A stretch of DNA of 64,000 nucleotides from Deltaproteobacteria bacterium (GTDB lineage Bacteria > Desulfobacterota > Syntrophia > Syntrophales > UBA2185). Location of the stretch: NCBI GenBank assembly GCA_026388545.1, contig JAPLJS010000075.1, forward strand, positions 9,103 to 73,102. The letters run 5' to 3'. Positions 1 to 9,696 of this stretch are shown in pieces. Position 1 is the stretch's first letter. Every line of letters starts with the position of its first letter. The position numbers and the translations under genes were made by a program. The notes beneath the pieces were generated by a model that did not search any database, was not told where the DNA came from, and worked only from the letters and a program-made list of their open reading frames with translations.

Positions 1-833
1 ACGATATCCATAATCACCGCAATACCTGCTTCGTGTGCGGCATCTATCAGCTCCTTAAGTTCTTCGGGCGTACCAAAGCGAGAGGAGGCGGCAAAGAAGC
101 TGGAGACGTGGTATCCGAATGATCCGTAGTAAGGATGTTCCTGGATGGCCATGAACTGTAGAGTATTGTAACCTGCGTCAACCACGCGGGGAAGAATTTT
201 TATCCTGAACTCGCTGAATGTCCCGATTTTTTCCTCGCACTGTGCCATTCCGACGTGCGCTTCATATATCCTTGCTGCTTCAGATAGTCTTTGATAGCAT
301 GGTTTTCGCCACTGGTAGGCGTTGCGCGGATTCCACACCTGGGCGGCGAAGAGTTTTGTATTGGGATCCTGTACTACACGGCGGGTGTAGGCGGGAATAC
401 GTTCCCCCCAACCGCCATGCCATTGAACAAAGAGTTTGTAAAGCTGGCCATGTTCAAGCCTGGCGAATGGCAGACGCAACTCCCAGTTTCCACTTTCACT
501 GATTCGCTGGAGGGAGAACTCAGGCTCTTTACGCCATCCGTTATAATCTCCAATCAGAAAAATGGCTGTGGCATTCGGCGCCCATTCGCGAAACACATAT
601 TCATTGTCTTTGCGATGGAGACCGAAGTACTCGTGCCCGGAAGCAAAATCTGCAAGCGATATGCGGCCACCGGTAAGTCGCTGCTCCACATCCTGAAATT
701 TCCTGTGCCTGCGCCGAATTACCGACGCATAGGGCTTAAGGAGAGGATCCCTAAAAAGTAGCGCAGGTTCTAAGGAACGAGACAATTTATCCTTTCCGTT
801 TTTCGATTGGTGGTGATTTCTTTTTAGCGGCAT
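1..833 (-). CDS. glgB: 1,4-alpha-glucan branching enzyme, N-terminal ~277 codons (gene runs off the left edge)
   Basis: Not in the ORF track because it is open at the window edge. My own minus-strand translation from the ATG (complement of 831-833) reads [13 protein letters not shown]...[21 protein letters not shown]...IYEAHVGM...[58 protein letters not shown]. This is typical of the CBM48 region and the start of the GH13 barrel of branching enzymes. The + strand ORFs at 218-761 are antisense shadows. Confidence 0.8.
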   Translation of the reverse strand, partial: [277 protein letters not shown]

Positions 834-873
834 TACCTAAAGCACCCTTTCCTCAATGAATGTTTCATTACAT

Positions 874-2448
874 TCATCGCCTCCATCCGAGATCCAGATT
901 CATATCCTTCGGTGCTTCTATTCTTACGGTCGTGAATAGAGACTTCTTTTGTCCTGCCATTATCTCAAGGTTCCAGATCAACGATGACGGGGTTTTTTCT
1001 GACGGATCGGGTTCGTGTTTTAACGACACTGTGATTCTTTCATCACGGGGCTGGGGATTTGGCTCTTCAAGAAGTACCCTGACGGGGGAGGTTCTGGAAT
1101 TCTGAACATCAATGCGCCAATCCCATGAGTACGTTTGCTTGTCCTGTAAAAAGTTTTTTTCACCCGATTTCTTCGAGAGTAACTGCGTGCTTGATGTAAT
1201 AAGGGGATCAGTACCAAAGAAGATGGACGCCTCCTGTCCGGCCAGCGCAAAATCCCGCTTTCCTAAAATTGCGCCGTCAATCATGAATAACGCGCTACCG
1301 GATGGGATTTCTTTCGGTTCTGTAAACTTGACGGAAGCCCTGACAAATACCTGGTTGCTCTGGCTCGGTCTTGCGAGAAAGATGAATTCAGAAGGCCATA
1401 TCTCTTCATCAAGTTTTACCTTCTGTTTCGATCCCGCAGGAATATTTTTTTTGCCAATCTGCCAAAGTGAATACGTGCTCTGTCTGATCTGCCGTGGCAC
1501 AGGGGGTGCTTCTTCAGCCGCTGCGAGAACTTCGGCACGGTCTTCGGCTGCTTCTGCTTTCATGGCCCTTTTGCGCACCCCTTCTAAGCGGTACACAGGT
1601 CGCGGCTTGATAATCCAAGGCGGTATATCAGCCGGAGCGGTAGATGTCGGCGGTTTCAGGGTAGCTAAATTGATACTCACATTATTCCAGTCCTGACCTG
1701 AACTCTGCCAGATTTCCGCTTCCCATGTAAAGAGTATCTGCTTATCTTGAGGCTTTGCTTCAAGACGATACAGGGGCTGCCATCCGCAACCGGCTAAGGA
1801 GTACGTATAGGTGAGCGTTTCTTCAGCGTACCGTGACCCCGAAAGAAGAAGGGTTACCTCCCAGGCGGTTTCCTTCTTTCCCGCAGCGCGATCGAGATCA
1901 TCCTGTAAATTTGTAATCTGTTTGTCCAGCATTTCGAGTTCAGATTCCTGCGAAAGTTTATCCTGATAGGCTTTCTTGATATTTTTGCCGATAGCAGCGG
2001 CCATGTTGTGGGCATCCGGGATCGTCTTTACCTTCGCCTTGGTTTGTAACTGCCAGAACTGAATCTGCGCGTCAAGGGAACGAATCAACGCTTGCAGTTT
2101 TTTTCTTTCATTTTTGCGCTGTTCCAACTGTTTTCGAAGGTTCGATATTTTTATATCATCCTGGCGGATAACCTGCCGCCAGGCCTGATCATCGATTCTC
2201 ATTTTCGAATCATGTGGTAAGCGGGTCACGAGAGAATTCGGATCAGCCTGTCCCGGAAGAATGAAGACAGCTTTCTTTATATCTTTTCCTTCAGTTTGAA
2301 GTTTTACTTTCGCTACTTCAAGAACCTGCGCGGATTCAGGAAAGAAAGTAACCTCGCGCGGAGCTGACCAGGAGTTTGCCGGAGTGAGGCAGATAAAGAA
2401 TGCAAAGACTGACACCCATTTCTTTGTAAATATTTTCATGTCCGGCAT
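874..2448 (-). CDS. secreted DUF4139/DUF4140-like (MuiA-like) protein, function unknown
   Basis: 524-aa ORF with a signal-like N-terminus (KKWVSVFAFFICLTPANSWSAP) and a central coiled-coil stretch. The C-terminal pattern IPSGSALFMIDGAILGKRDFALAGQEASIFFGTDPLI...WRIDVQNSRTSPVRVLLEEPNPQPRDERITV is one I associate with DUF4139. The family call is by eye only. Confidence 0.6.
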   Translation of the reverse strand: MPDMKIFTKKWVSVFAFFICLTPANSWSAPREVTFFPESAQVLEVAKVKLQTEGKDIKKAVFILPGQADPNSLVTRLPHDSKMRIDDQAWRQVIRQDDIKISNLRKQLEQRKNERKKLQALIRSLDAQIQFWQLQTKAKVKTIPDAHNMAAAIGKNIKKAYQDKLSQESELEMLDKQITNLQDDLDRAAGKKETAWEVTLLLSGSRYAEETLTYTYSLAGCGWQPLYRLEAKPQDKQILFTWEAEIWQSSGQDWNNVSINLATLKPPTSTAPADIPPWIIKPRPVYRLEGVRKRAMKAEAAEDRAEVLAAAEEAPPVPRQIRQSTYSLWQIGKKNIPAGSKQKVKLDEEIWPSEFIFLARPSQSNQVFVRASVKFTEPKEIPSGSALFMIDGAILGKRDFALAGQEASIFFGTDPLITSSTQLLSKKSGEKNFLQDKQTYSWDWRIDVQNSRTSPVRVLLEEPNPQPRDERITVSLKHEPDPSEKTPSSLIWNLEIMAGQKKSLFTTVRIEAPKDMNLDLGWRR

Positions 2449-2470
2449 CTGCTAACCTCCAGAAACAGTA

Positions 2471-3805
2471 TTAATGATCTGCAATAGTTTGAGAAATCTT
2501 TTTTACTTCGTACATGATTGAAGGTAAATCGACATGCAAGAGTTCTCTTTCATGCATTATAATTCTACCTCCAATAATGCTCGTTTTGACATCAGAACCG
2601 GAAGCCGAATAGACAAGCTGTGAATAACAGTTATACATCGGCGTAAGATGCGGTTTCTTGATATCGACGATAATTATATCTGCAAACTTCCCTGGCTCAA
2701 TGGAGCCGATCCTGTTTTCTAAACCCAAGACCTTCGCTCCGTTCACCGTGGCCATTTTTAAAACCGTTTTCGCATCCATCACTGTCGGATCCATCCGGAT
2801 TACCTTGTGCAACTTGGCAGTGGTGCCCATCTCTCTAAACATGTCCAGGTCATTATTGCTCGCGCATCCATCGGTGCCAAGCCCCACGGTGATTCCTTTT
2901 TTTATCATAATCGGGATGGGTGCACACCCTGCCGCCAGTTTCATGCTGCTTTCGGGATTGTGAGATACTTTAACGTTGCAGTCACGCAGAATTTCTATTT
3001 CGTCATCTTCAAGCCAGTTGCAGTGGGCAGCTACGGTACGATCATCTAATACGTCGAGGTCTCTGAGGTATTTGACGGGCGTTTTCCCGAACCGTTTCCT
3101 GATAATAACCACTTCGTCTTTTGTTTCGGATACATGAATGTTGTACAAAACTTCTGCCTTACGTGCAACATTTTTTATAAACGAGAGGGTTTCGGGAGCA
3201 CAGGTGTACGGTGAGTGGCAGGCGAGGGCAGGGATGATCAAAGGGCCTTCTTTCTGCCATTTGTTAATAAATCCCTCCGCTATATCAGCAATTTTTACAG
3301 GGTCATTTGGATTGGGAAGATCGATAAATCCCTGGCAGACGACGGCACGCATACCGGAATCAATTGCTGCACGGGCGACGCTGCTTTCATAAAAATATGC
3401 ATCGCAAAAGGTTGTGGTACCGGAAAGAATCATCTCTGCAATTGCAAGCATGGCGCCTGCATACACCATGTCTCGGTTTACGAAACGTGCCTCGGCGGGA
3501 AAAATGTAGTTATTCAGCCAGTCCATGAGGGGAAGGTCATCGGCAAGTCCCCGGAAGCATACCATGGGCAAATGTGTGTGAGTGTTGATTAATCCAGGCA
3601 TTACTATAGAGCCGGAAGCATTCAGAACTTTTTTTGCCGTGTATAAAGTTGCACCGTGCATATCTTTGTGCGTAACAAACTCGATCTTTCCATCTTTGAT
3701 GCCGATTACCGGATGGTCGATGACCTCCAAGGCATCAGACATGGTAAGAAGGGTTCCGCCTTCGATTAAAATGTCAAGTTCATTATTTTCCATGAGCTTG
3801 TCCAC
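2471..3805 (-). CDS. mtaD: amidohydrolase, 5-methylthioadenosine/S-adenosylhomocysteine deaminase family (copy 1)
   Basis: 444-aa ORF with the metal-binding motif MPGLINTHTHLPM, the stretch DWLNNYIFPAE and GLGTDGCASNNDLDMF. Length and layout are typical of MtaD-type deaminases. Confidence 0.8.
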   Translation of the reverse strand: MDKLMENNELDILIEGGTLLTMSDALEVIDHPVIGIKDGKIEFVTHKDMHGATLYTAKKVLNASGSIVMPGLINTHTHLPMVCFRGLADDLPLMDWLNNYIFPAEARFVNRDMVYAGAMLAIAEMILSGTTTFCDAYFYESSVARAAIDSGMRAVVCQGFIDLPNPNDPVKIADIAEGFINKWQKEGPLIIPALACHSPYTCAPETLSFIKNVARKAEVLYNIHVSETKDEVVIIRKRFGKTPVKYLRDLDVLDDRTVAAHCNWLEDDEIEILRDCNVKVSHNPESSMKLAAGCAPIPIMIKKGITVGLGTDGCASNNDLDMFREMGTTAKLHKVIRMDPTVMDAKTVLKMATVNGAKVLGLENRIGSIEPGKFADIIIVDIKKPHLTPMYNCYSQLVYSASGSDVKTSIIGGRIIMHERELLHVDLPSIMYEVKKISQTIADH

Positions 3806-3807
3806 GC

Positions 3808-5136
3808 TTAGTTTATGCCAAGACTATTTTTAATTTTTAAAGCAGTTACTTCAATCGTTGCCATTATATCATTTTCGTCTATTGTGAGAAGCTTTCGATT
3901 TTTCAGCACGACTTTCCCGTTGATTAAGACGGTGTCAACATCAGCTCCATTAAAAGCGTAGACAATATGGGAATATTCATTGTAGAGCGGGGTAAGATGG
4001 GGCTTGTTTAAATTGATGATAATTATATCCGCCTTCATGCCTACCTTGAGAGAACCGACAAGTTTGTCCATTCCTAAAACTCTTGCCGCATCACAGGTGG
4101 CCATGCGGACAACGGTCTTTGCGTCCATCACTGTCGGATCGAGCTGGACGACTTTATGGAGTTTAGCGGCAGTATCCATCTCCTGGAACATATCCAAATT
4201 GTTATTGCTTGCACAGCCGTCGGTGCCGAGACCAACTCTAACACCTGAGGTCATCATTTTTGTTATTGGTGCGACACCGGAGGCAAGTTTCATATTACTT
4301 TCCGGATTGTGAACCACCTTGCATCCGTGATCGGCAAACATATGTATATCTTCTTCATCCATCCAGACACAGTGAAAGGCAATGAATCGTTCATCAAGGT
4401 AGCCGATATCCTTCAGAAAGGATGTTGGGGTTTTTCCATACTTTTCTGTTAGTTGTTCCTTTTCGATTCTGGTTTCAAGATAGTGCGTGGCAATGCGAGC
4501 CCCGTATCTGTCGGCAATTTTCTTTGAACCTCTCAGAAGGCTTTCGGAACAGGTATAGAGGGAATGGGGTTCAACAACGATATTCACCAGCGGATCGTTT
4601 GCCCATTTTTGGATGAGCTTTTCTGTGTATTTCAGACCTTCCTCCGGTGTTTTTACACTGGGGGATGGGAAATCAAAGAGAACCTCGCCGACGAGACAAC
4701 GCATGCCTGCAGATTTCGCTGCCCTTGCCACGTCATCTTCAAATATATACATATCGCAGAATGTCGTTGTTCCGGACTTGATCATCTCTGCGCACGCAAG
4801 CAGACTTCCCAGATAAGAAAAATCTTTGTTTACAAACCTGGCCTCCGCGGGAAATATATAGTTATTCAACCAGTCCGTAAGCTCAAGGTCGTCGGCTAAT
4901 CCTCGGAAATATGTCATGGGGGCATGTGTATGACAATTAACAAGGCCGGGCATTACCAGGGAATTTTCTGCGTCGATGATTTCCCTGGAAGTATACTGGT
5001 TCTCAATTTCCTCATTTGTTCCGATTGCAATGATGTTCTCGCCTTCAATGGCAATTGCACCATTTTTAATCAAAGTACCCTTTTCATCCATAGCCAATAT
5101 CCTGCCGCCGGAAATTAGCTTGTCAACTTCTTTCAC
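3808..5136 (-). CDS. amidohydrolase, MtaD-family deaminase (tandem paralog, copy 2)
   Basis: 442-aa ORF starting 2 nt upstream of copy 1, with the same motifs (MPGLVNCHTHAPM, DWLNNYIFPAEARFVN, GLGTDGCASNNNLDMF). It is colinear with copy 1 over its whole length. Confidence 0.8.
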   Translation of the reverse strand: MKEVDKLISGGRILAMDEKGTLIKNGAIAIEGENIIAIGTNEEIENQYTSREIIDAENSLVMPGLVNCHTHAPMTYFRGLADDLELTDWLNNYIFPAEARFVNKDFSYLGSLLACAEMIKSGTTTFCDMYIFEDDVARAAKSAGMRCLVGEVLFDFPSPSVKTPEEGLKYTEKLIQKWANDPLVNIVVEPHSLYTCSESLLRGSKKIADRYGARIATHYLETRIEKEQLTEKYGKTPTSFLKDIGYLDERFIAFHCVWMDEEDIHMFADHGCKVVHNPESNMKLASGVAPITKMMTSGVRVGLGTDGCASNNNLDMFQEMDTAAKLHKVVQLDPTVMDAKTVVRMATCDAARVLGMDKLVGSLKVGMKADIIIINLNKPHLTPLYNEYSHIVYAFNGADVDTVLINGKVVLKNRKLLTIDENDIMATIEVTALKIKNSLGIN

Positions 5137-5235
5137 CGCACGATACCCCCGCCTTAAAATTGATGAGGTGCTTTATATCATCCAATTAAACTCTTGACAC
5201 GTATTTTTAAAAATAATAAGAAAATATCGCGTTAT

Positions 5236-5323
5236 GCCTGGGTGGCGGAATTGGTAGACGCAAGGGACTTAAAATCCCTCGATACATAGTATCGTGCCGG
5301 TTCGACTCCGGCCCTAGGCACCA
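5236..5323 (+). tRNA. tRNA-Leu, anticodon UAA, CCA encoded
   Basis: Cloverleaf read by eye. Acceptor GCCTGGG/CCTAGGC has one G-U pair. The D arm is GGCG...ACGC. Anticodon stem AGGGA/TCCCT carries loop CTTAAAA. There is a long variable arm, T arm CCGGT TCGACTC CGGCC, discriminator A and CCA. Confidence 0.9.
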
Positions 5324-5331
5324 GTAATAAC

Positions 5332-5369
5332 AAGGGGTTATGCTCTACTCAGGGCATAACCCCTTTTTT
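5332..5369 (+). terminator. Rho-independent terminator after tRNA-Leu
   Basis: 12-bp perfect stem AAGGGGTTATGC / GCATAACCCCTT with a 10-nt loop, running into a T6 tract. Confidence 0.8.
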
Positions 5370-5492
5370 GCTTCAATTATGTTCATAAATAATTGAAATA
5401 TTTACTCGTATAGTGTACAAACTTATTGATTTCTTTTCTTAAAAACGGAACTAAATGTAGGAGGGTATGCGCTATTTAAGGAGCTATCGGAG

Positions 5493-7055
5493 ATGGAAGT
5501 CAAAGAGAAAACAAAAGGGCAGGCCATAAGAGAGTTGGAAGAATTGGATCAGCATGCTACTAAATTAAAAGAAGGAGAATCACATAACAAGCCGGCTGAG
5601 GAGTTACGGAAAGAGAATTCATCACGAATACTGGTTGTTGATGATGCCTCGGTAGACCTGGAGCTGCTGAAAAATATTCTTACGAATCATGGTTGTCAGG
5701 TAAGTACGGCCTCCAGCGGGAACATGGCACTGAGATCAGTGCCGGTTGAGATGCCGGATCTGATCCTGCTGGATGTGAAAATGCCGGGTATGGACGGCTA
5801 CGAGGTTTGCCGTCTGCTGAAGTCCGACGGACAAAGCCCCCAAATTCCGATAATCTTCATCAGTTCACTTGACGAGACCGAAGATATAGTTAAGGGCTTC
5901 AATGCGGGAGGTATTGATTTCATCAGCAAACCGTTTCAACCAGCCGAGATTATAGCCCGTGTAGAAACACACTTGGCCTTACGGCACCTGCAAAAGAAAT
6001 TAGAGGCGCAAAACATTCAACTACAACAAGAAATTAATGACCGCAAGCAGGTGGAGGAGGAGTTACAGCGATCACACGATAATTTAGAAAGACTGGTAGC
6101 AGAGAGAACTGACGAACTGCTCATAAAAAACCGGCAACTGGAAGCAGAGATCGAAGAGAGAAAAAAGGTTGAGGAATATTTAAGGGAATCAGAACAGCGC
6201 TTGTCTGATATTATTGATTTTTTACCCGATGCAACGTTTGCTATTGATAGTAAAGGTAAAGTAATTGCATGGAACAGGGCCATTGAAGAGATGACCGGTG
6301 CAAAGCCAGAGGACATTTTGGGGAAGGGGGATTATGAATATGCCCTGCCGTTTTACGGTATTCGGAGGCCGATACTGATTGATTTAGTGTTTAGCACCGA
6401 TGAAAGGGTCAGGAAGGAATATTCTTTTTTTAAGAAAGAGGGAGACGTTCTTTTGGCCGAAGGTAATGCATCTGTCAAGAATGAAATTCGAGTACTTTGG
6501 ACTAAAGCCAGTCCTTTATACGACTGCAGGGGTAATATTACGGGCGCCATAGAGTCTATCCGCGATATCACAGAGCGCAGACGGTCAGAGAACGCTTTGA
6601 AAAAAAGAGAAAAGGAATTGGATGTCAAAACCCGAAACCTCGAGGAACTCAATACCGCTTTGAAAGTCCTGCTGAAACAGAGAGAAGATGACAAAAATGA
6701 GATTGAAAAGAGAACAATGTCTAACGTCAAGGAACTCATTATACCCTATATCGACAAATTGAAAAAGGGAAGCTTGGATAGCAAAGATATGGCGTATCTA
6801 AGCATAGTTGAATCAAATCTCAACGGTATTTTATCCCCATTTTCACACAGACTTTCCACAAAATATATGAGTTTTACTCCTAAAGAGCTTCAGATAGCTC
6901 ATCTTATCACTGAAGGTAAAACAACAAAGGAAATAGCCGAATTGTTGAACACATCTACCGGAACAATTGATTTTCATAGAAACAATATCAGGAATAAACT
7001 GAATCTGAAAAATAGAAGGGCCAATCTTAGATCATATCTTTTAACATTATCGTGA
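5493..7055 (+). CDS. response regulator: REC - coiled coil - PAS - coiled coil - LuxR-type HTH
   Basis: 520-aa ORF with RBS TAAGGAG 9 nt upstream. The receiver domain reads RILVVDD...[16 protein letters not shown]...KP. A PAS segment spans [34 protein letters not shown]...[12 protein letters not shown]. The C-terminal [43 protein letters not shown] matches a LuxR/FixJ HTH. Confidence 0.85.
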   Translation: [520 protein letters not shown]

Positions 7056-7081
7056 AAAAAGCATTCTTCCTTCCATTTTAC

Positions 7082-8095
7082 CTATGATGCGGCACATATT
7101 TGGGCGAAGCGACCGACATTCTTATCTTCACCGAGAGCTATAAGTTTATCGCCTTTCGAAATGATATAATTTGCCATGGGGTTGAATATCATTTGGCCGG
7201 TATCTTTTTTAACCGCAATAATTATGAGACCGTAATGTTGTCTGATTTCTGATTCCTCTAATGATTTATCGATAATGGGTGATCCGTCGCAGATAGCGAG
7301 TTCTTCCATTCTCAGTCCAAGGCTCTGCCTCCTTGTTGTGATCTCAATGAAATCAAGCATTGCAGGCTTTGTAATTGCCATGGCCATTCTCATACCTCCC
7401 AGGGTGTAGGGAGAAATGACCCGATCGGCGCCCGCTTGCAGGAGTCTGTGTTCAGATTCCATTTCTTCGGAGCGAGAGAGTATATAGATATTCGGATTAA
7501 GTTCTTTCGCAGTCAGGATTACATAGAGATTTTGCGGATCGGTGGGGAGTGTACAAACAATACCCTTTGCCCTTTTTATACCGGTTTCAATAAGCGTCTT
7601 GTCCTGTGCGGCATCCCCCTTATAATATACGAATCCTTCTTCCTCGATTTTCTGAATGGCTTCCGGATTGTTATCGATCACGACAAAATCGACTTTTTCC
7701 GCTGATAACTCCTTGCATATGAGATATCCAATCCGGCCACACCCGCAGATAATGTAGTGATTGTTCAGTTTTTTCAGCATTTTTTCCAATTTACCCCTTC
7801 CTAAAATTAATCTGAAGCGTGACTCGACCATGGTTTCCGTGAAGAGAACAACGGTATACAGCATAGTGCCGACCCCAAAAATAACCAGAATAACAGTGAA
7901 TATCCTTCCCTCTTCTGTTTGAGGATAATAATCACCATACCCCACAGTAGAAAGGGTTATTACTGTTGTATAAAGAGACTCGGACAAGCTCCATCCCTCA
8001 ATAAGGTGATAACCTAATGTGCCGATTATAAAAAGTAAAAATAAACCTAACAGGGCTATTTTTAGATTGGTGGTCGGTATCAAGGAGACCTCCAA
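7082..8095 (-). CDS. potassium channel with RCK (TrkA-N/TrkA-C) gating domain
   Basis: 337-aa ORF with two TM helices flanking the K+ selectivity filter TVGYGD. A Rossmann motif ICGCGRIGY follows, with a C-terminal TrkA-C-like segment. Confidence 0.85.
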   Translation of the reverse strand: MEVSLIPTTNLKIALLGLFLLFIIGTLGYHLIEGWSLSESLYTTVITLSTVGYGDYYPQTEEGRIFTVILVIFGVGTMLYTVVLFTETMVESRFRLILGRGKLEKMLKKLNNHYIICGCGRIGYLICKELSAEKVDFVVIDNNPEAIQKIEEEGFVYYKGDAAQDKTLIETGIKRAKGIVCTLPTDPQNLYVILTAKELNPNIYILSRSEEMESEHRLLQAGADRVISPYTLGGMRMAMAITKPAMLDFIEITTRRQSLGLRMEELAICDGSPIIDKSLEESEIRQHYGLIIIAVKKDTGQMIFNPMANYIISKGDKLIALGEDKNVGRFAQICAAS

Positions 8096-8171
8096 AATGA
8101 TGTTTATGACTTTAAGATACAGAATAACTACATCGTTGTAAACAAAAGATGATGTGAATATTCAGAAATAT

Positions 8172-8630
8172 TTACTCCTGTCTCTTTACGCATGAAGGCA
8201 TGACGAGATGAGCCGTGCCTGTTATAACCGTGACGTTATCCTGATTTATGACCTCAGTGAGGAGCTTCACCAATCCTTTATCCGGATCCCAATCCGTTAC
8301 TTTGGCACGGGCTTTTACCTGATCACCGGGCCTGACGGGAGCAAGAAAACGTAATTGCTGGCTTAAATAAATTGAACCAGGGCCTGGCAGAACGGTTCCC
8401 AACAATGATGATATTAAGCCGGCGACAAGCATACCTGGGGCAATTCGACCTCCGAACAAGGTACTCTTTGAGTATTCTTCGTTTAAGTGAACAGGATTTT
8501 CATCGCCGGATATACGAGCAAACGTTATAATATCTTCATCACTGATCAATTTTGTCAGTGTGGCTTCTTCTCCGATTGTAAAACTTCTCCGCTCTGTTAT
8601 TTTTTCCATTCGTATCTCCGATCTGTCCAC
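8172..8630 (-). CDS. MaoC-like (R)-specific enoyl-CoA hydratase / dehydratase
   Basis: 152-aa ORF with the hot-dog fold signature FARISGDENPVHLNEEYSKSTLFGGRIAPGML. Confidence 0.75.
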   Translation of the reverse strand: MDRSEIRMEKITERRSFTIGEEATLTKLISDEDIITFARISGDENPVHLNEEYSKSTLFGGRIAPGMLVAGLISSLLGTVLPGPGSIYLSQQLRFLAPVRPGDQVKARAKVTDWDPDKGLVKLLTEVINQDNVTVITGTAHLVMPSCVKRQE

Positions 8631-8849
8631 TCCTTTACCGATTTCATTGATTCTCCTTTATAGGTTACACTCCGCTGAATCGTAAGATCAAACATCCTGC
8701 TTACCTTGATCTTGCAAATTATCAGATGTTTTTATATGATTTATTGGATATCTTCCAAGCCTGAATCGTACCGTATAGTTGAAATAGTATCCAATAAAAA
8801 AATATTTTGTATCGATTGAGCAATTGCAAATGGCACAATATGTTGAGGA

Positions 8850-9434
8850 TTGAGGAGGCATGCAATGGTGAAAGAATTGATTGTGAAGAACAGGAGCTGC
8901 AGGAGATTTTATGAGAACTACTCAATAGATATTGAAACGTTGAGAGAGCTTGTTGATTGTGCGAGACTCTCTGCGTCGGGGGCAAACCTGCAACCGTTAA
9001 AGTATATTCTTTCCTGCGATTCTCAAAAAAACTCTCTGATATTTTCAAATATTGCATGGGCAGGGTATTTAAAAGAATGGCCGGGTCCTGAGGAGGGGGA
9101 AAGACCATCTGCGTATGTTATCATCCTTGGCGATAGAACCATCAGCCCGACATTCGGGTGCGATCACGGCATCGCTGCTCAAAGTATTCTTCTTGGCGCT
9201 ACGGAAAAGGGTCTGGGAGGGTGTATGATAAACTCTGTGAAGAGGACTGAGCTGCAAAGAGTTCTTACTATACCTGAACAATGTGAAATTCTCCTGGTCA
9301 TAGCAATCGGAAAACCGAAAGAAAAAGTCGTCATCGAACCGGTTGGCGCCAAAGGTGATATACAATACTGGCGGGACAGTGAAGGAGTTCATCATGTGCC
9401 GAAGCGGTCTCTTGATGAAATAATAATTGGCTGA
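8850..9434 (+). CDS. nitroreductase family protein
   Basis: 194-aa ORF. RSCRRF...LRELVDCARLSASGANLQPLKY and the C-terminal EILLVIAIGKP are typical of the NADH/FMN nitroreductase fold. The start may be the internal Met at 8865. Confidence 0.75.
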   Translation: MRRHAMVKELIVKNRSCRRFYENYSIDIETLRELVDCARLSASGANLQPLKYILSCDSQKNSLIFSNIAWAGYLKEWPGPEEGERPSAYVIILGDRTISPTFGCDHGIAAQSILLGATEKGLGGCMINSVKRTELQRVLTIPEQCEILLVIAIGKPKEKVVIEPVGAKGDIQYWRDSEGVHHVPKRSLDEIIIG

Positions 9435-9696
9435 ACCTTACCGAAAAAAATCAAATATCGCTTGAATATAAAAAAATATTGTATATTATAAACGATTGTT
9501 CGACGGAGCATGTCCGTTATCCGTGGGTAGAGTAGGGAAGCGGGTTTAAAAAAAACAGGAATTACCTGTCAAAAATGCCGAATCTGTAAAGGAGGGATGT
9601 GATATTTCGATAAATTTGACGGTGGTGAGTAGGCACACGGAAAATTGGAGATTTAGCGATAAGGTTTGGTTAAATGAGTAATATAAGGAGAACGAT

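Noticed and set aside
218-1696. Plus-strand ORFs 218-502, 291-761, 860-1105 and 1112-1696
   Set aside because: They lie opposite the glgB fragment and the DUF4139-like gene, whose minus-strand translations carry family motifs.
5194-5222. Possible promoter for tRNA-Leu(UAA): TTGACA at 5194-5199
   Set aside because: The -35 box is perfect, but the best -10 at 17-nt spacing is TAAGAA (3/6). That is too weak to report as a feature. A similar situation applies upstream of tRNA-Pro (TTGACA at 56814-56819 with GATAAT at only 15-nt spacing).
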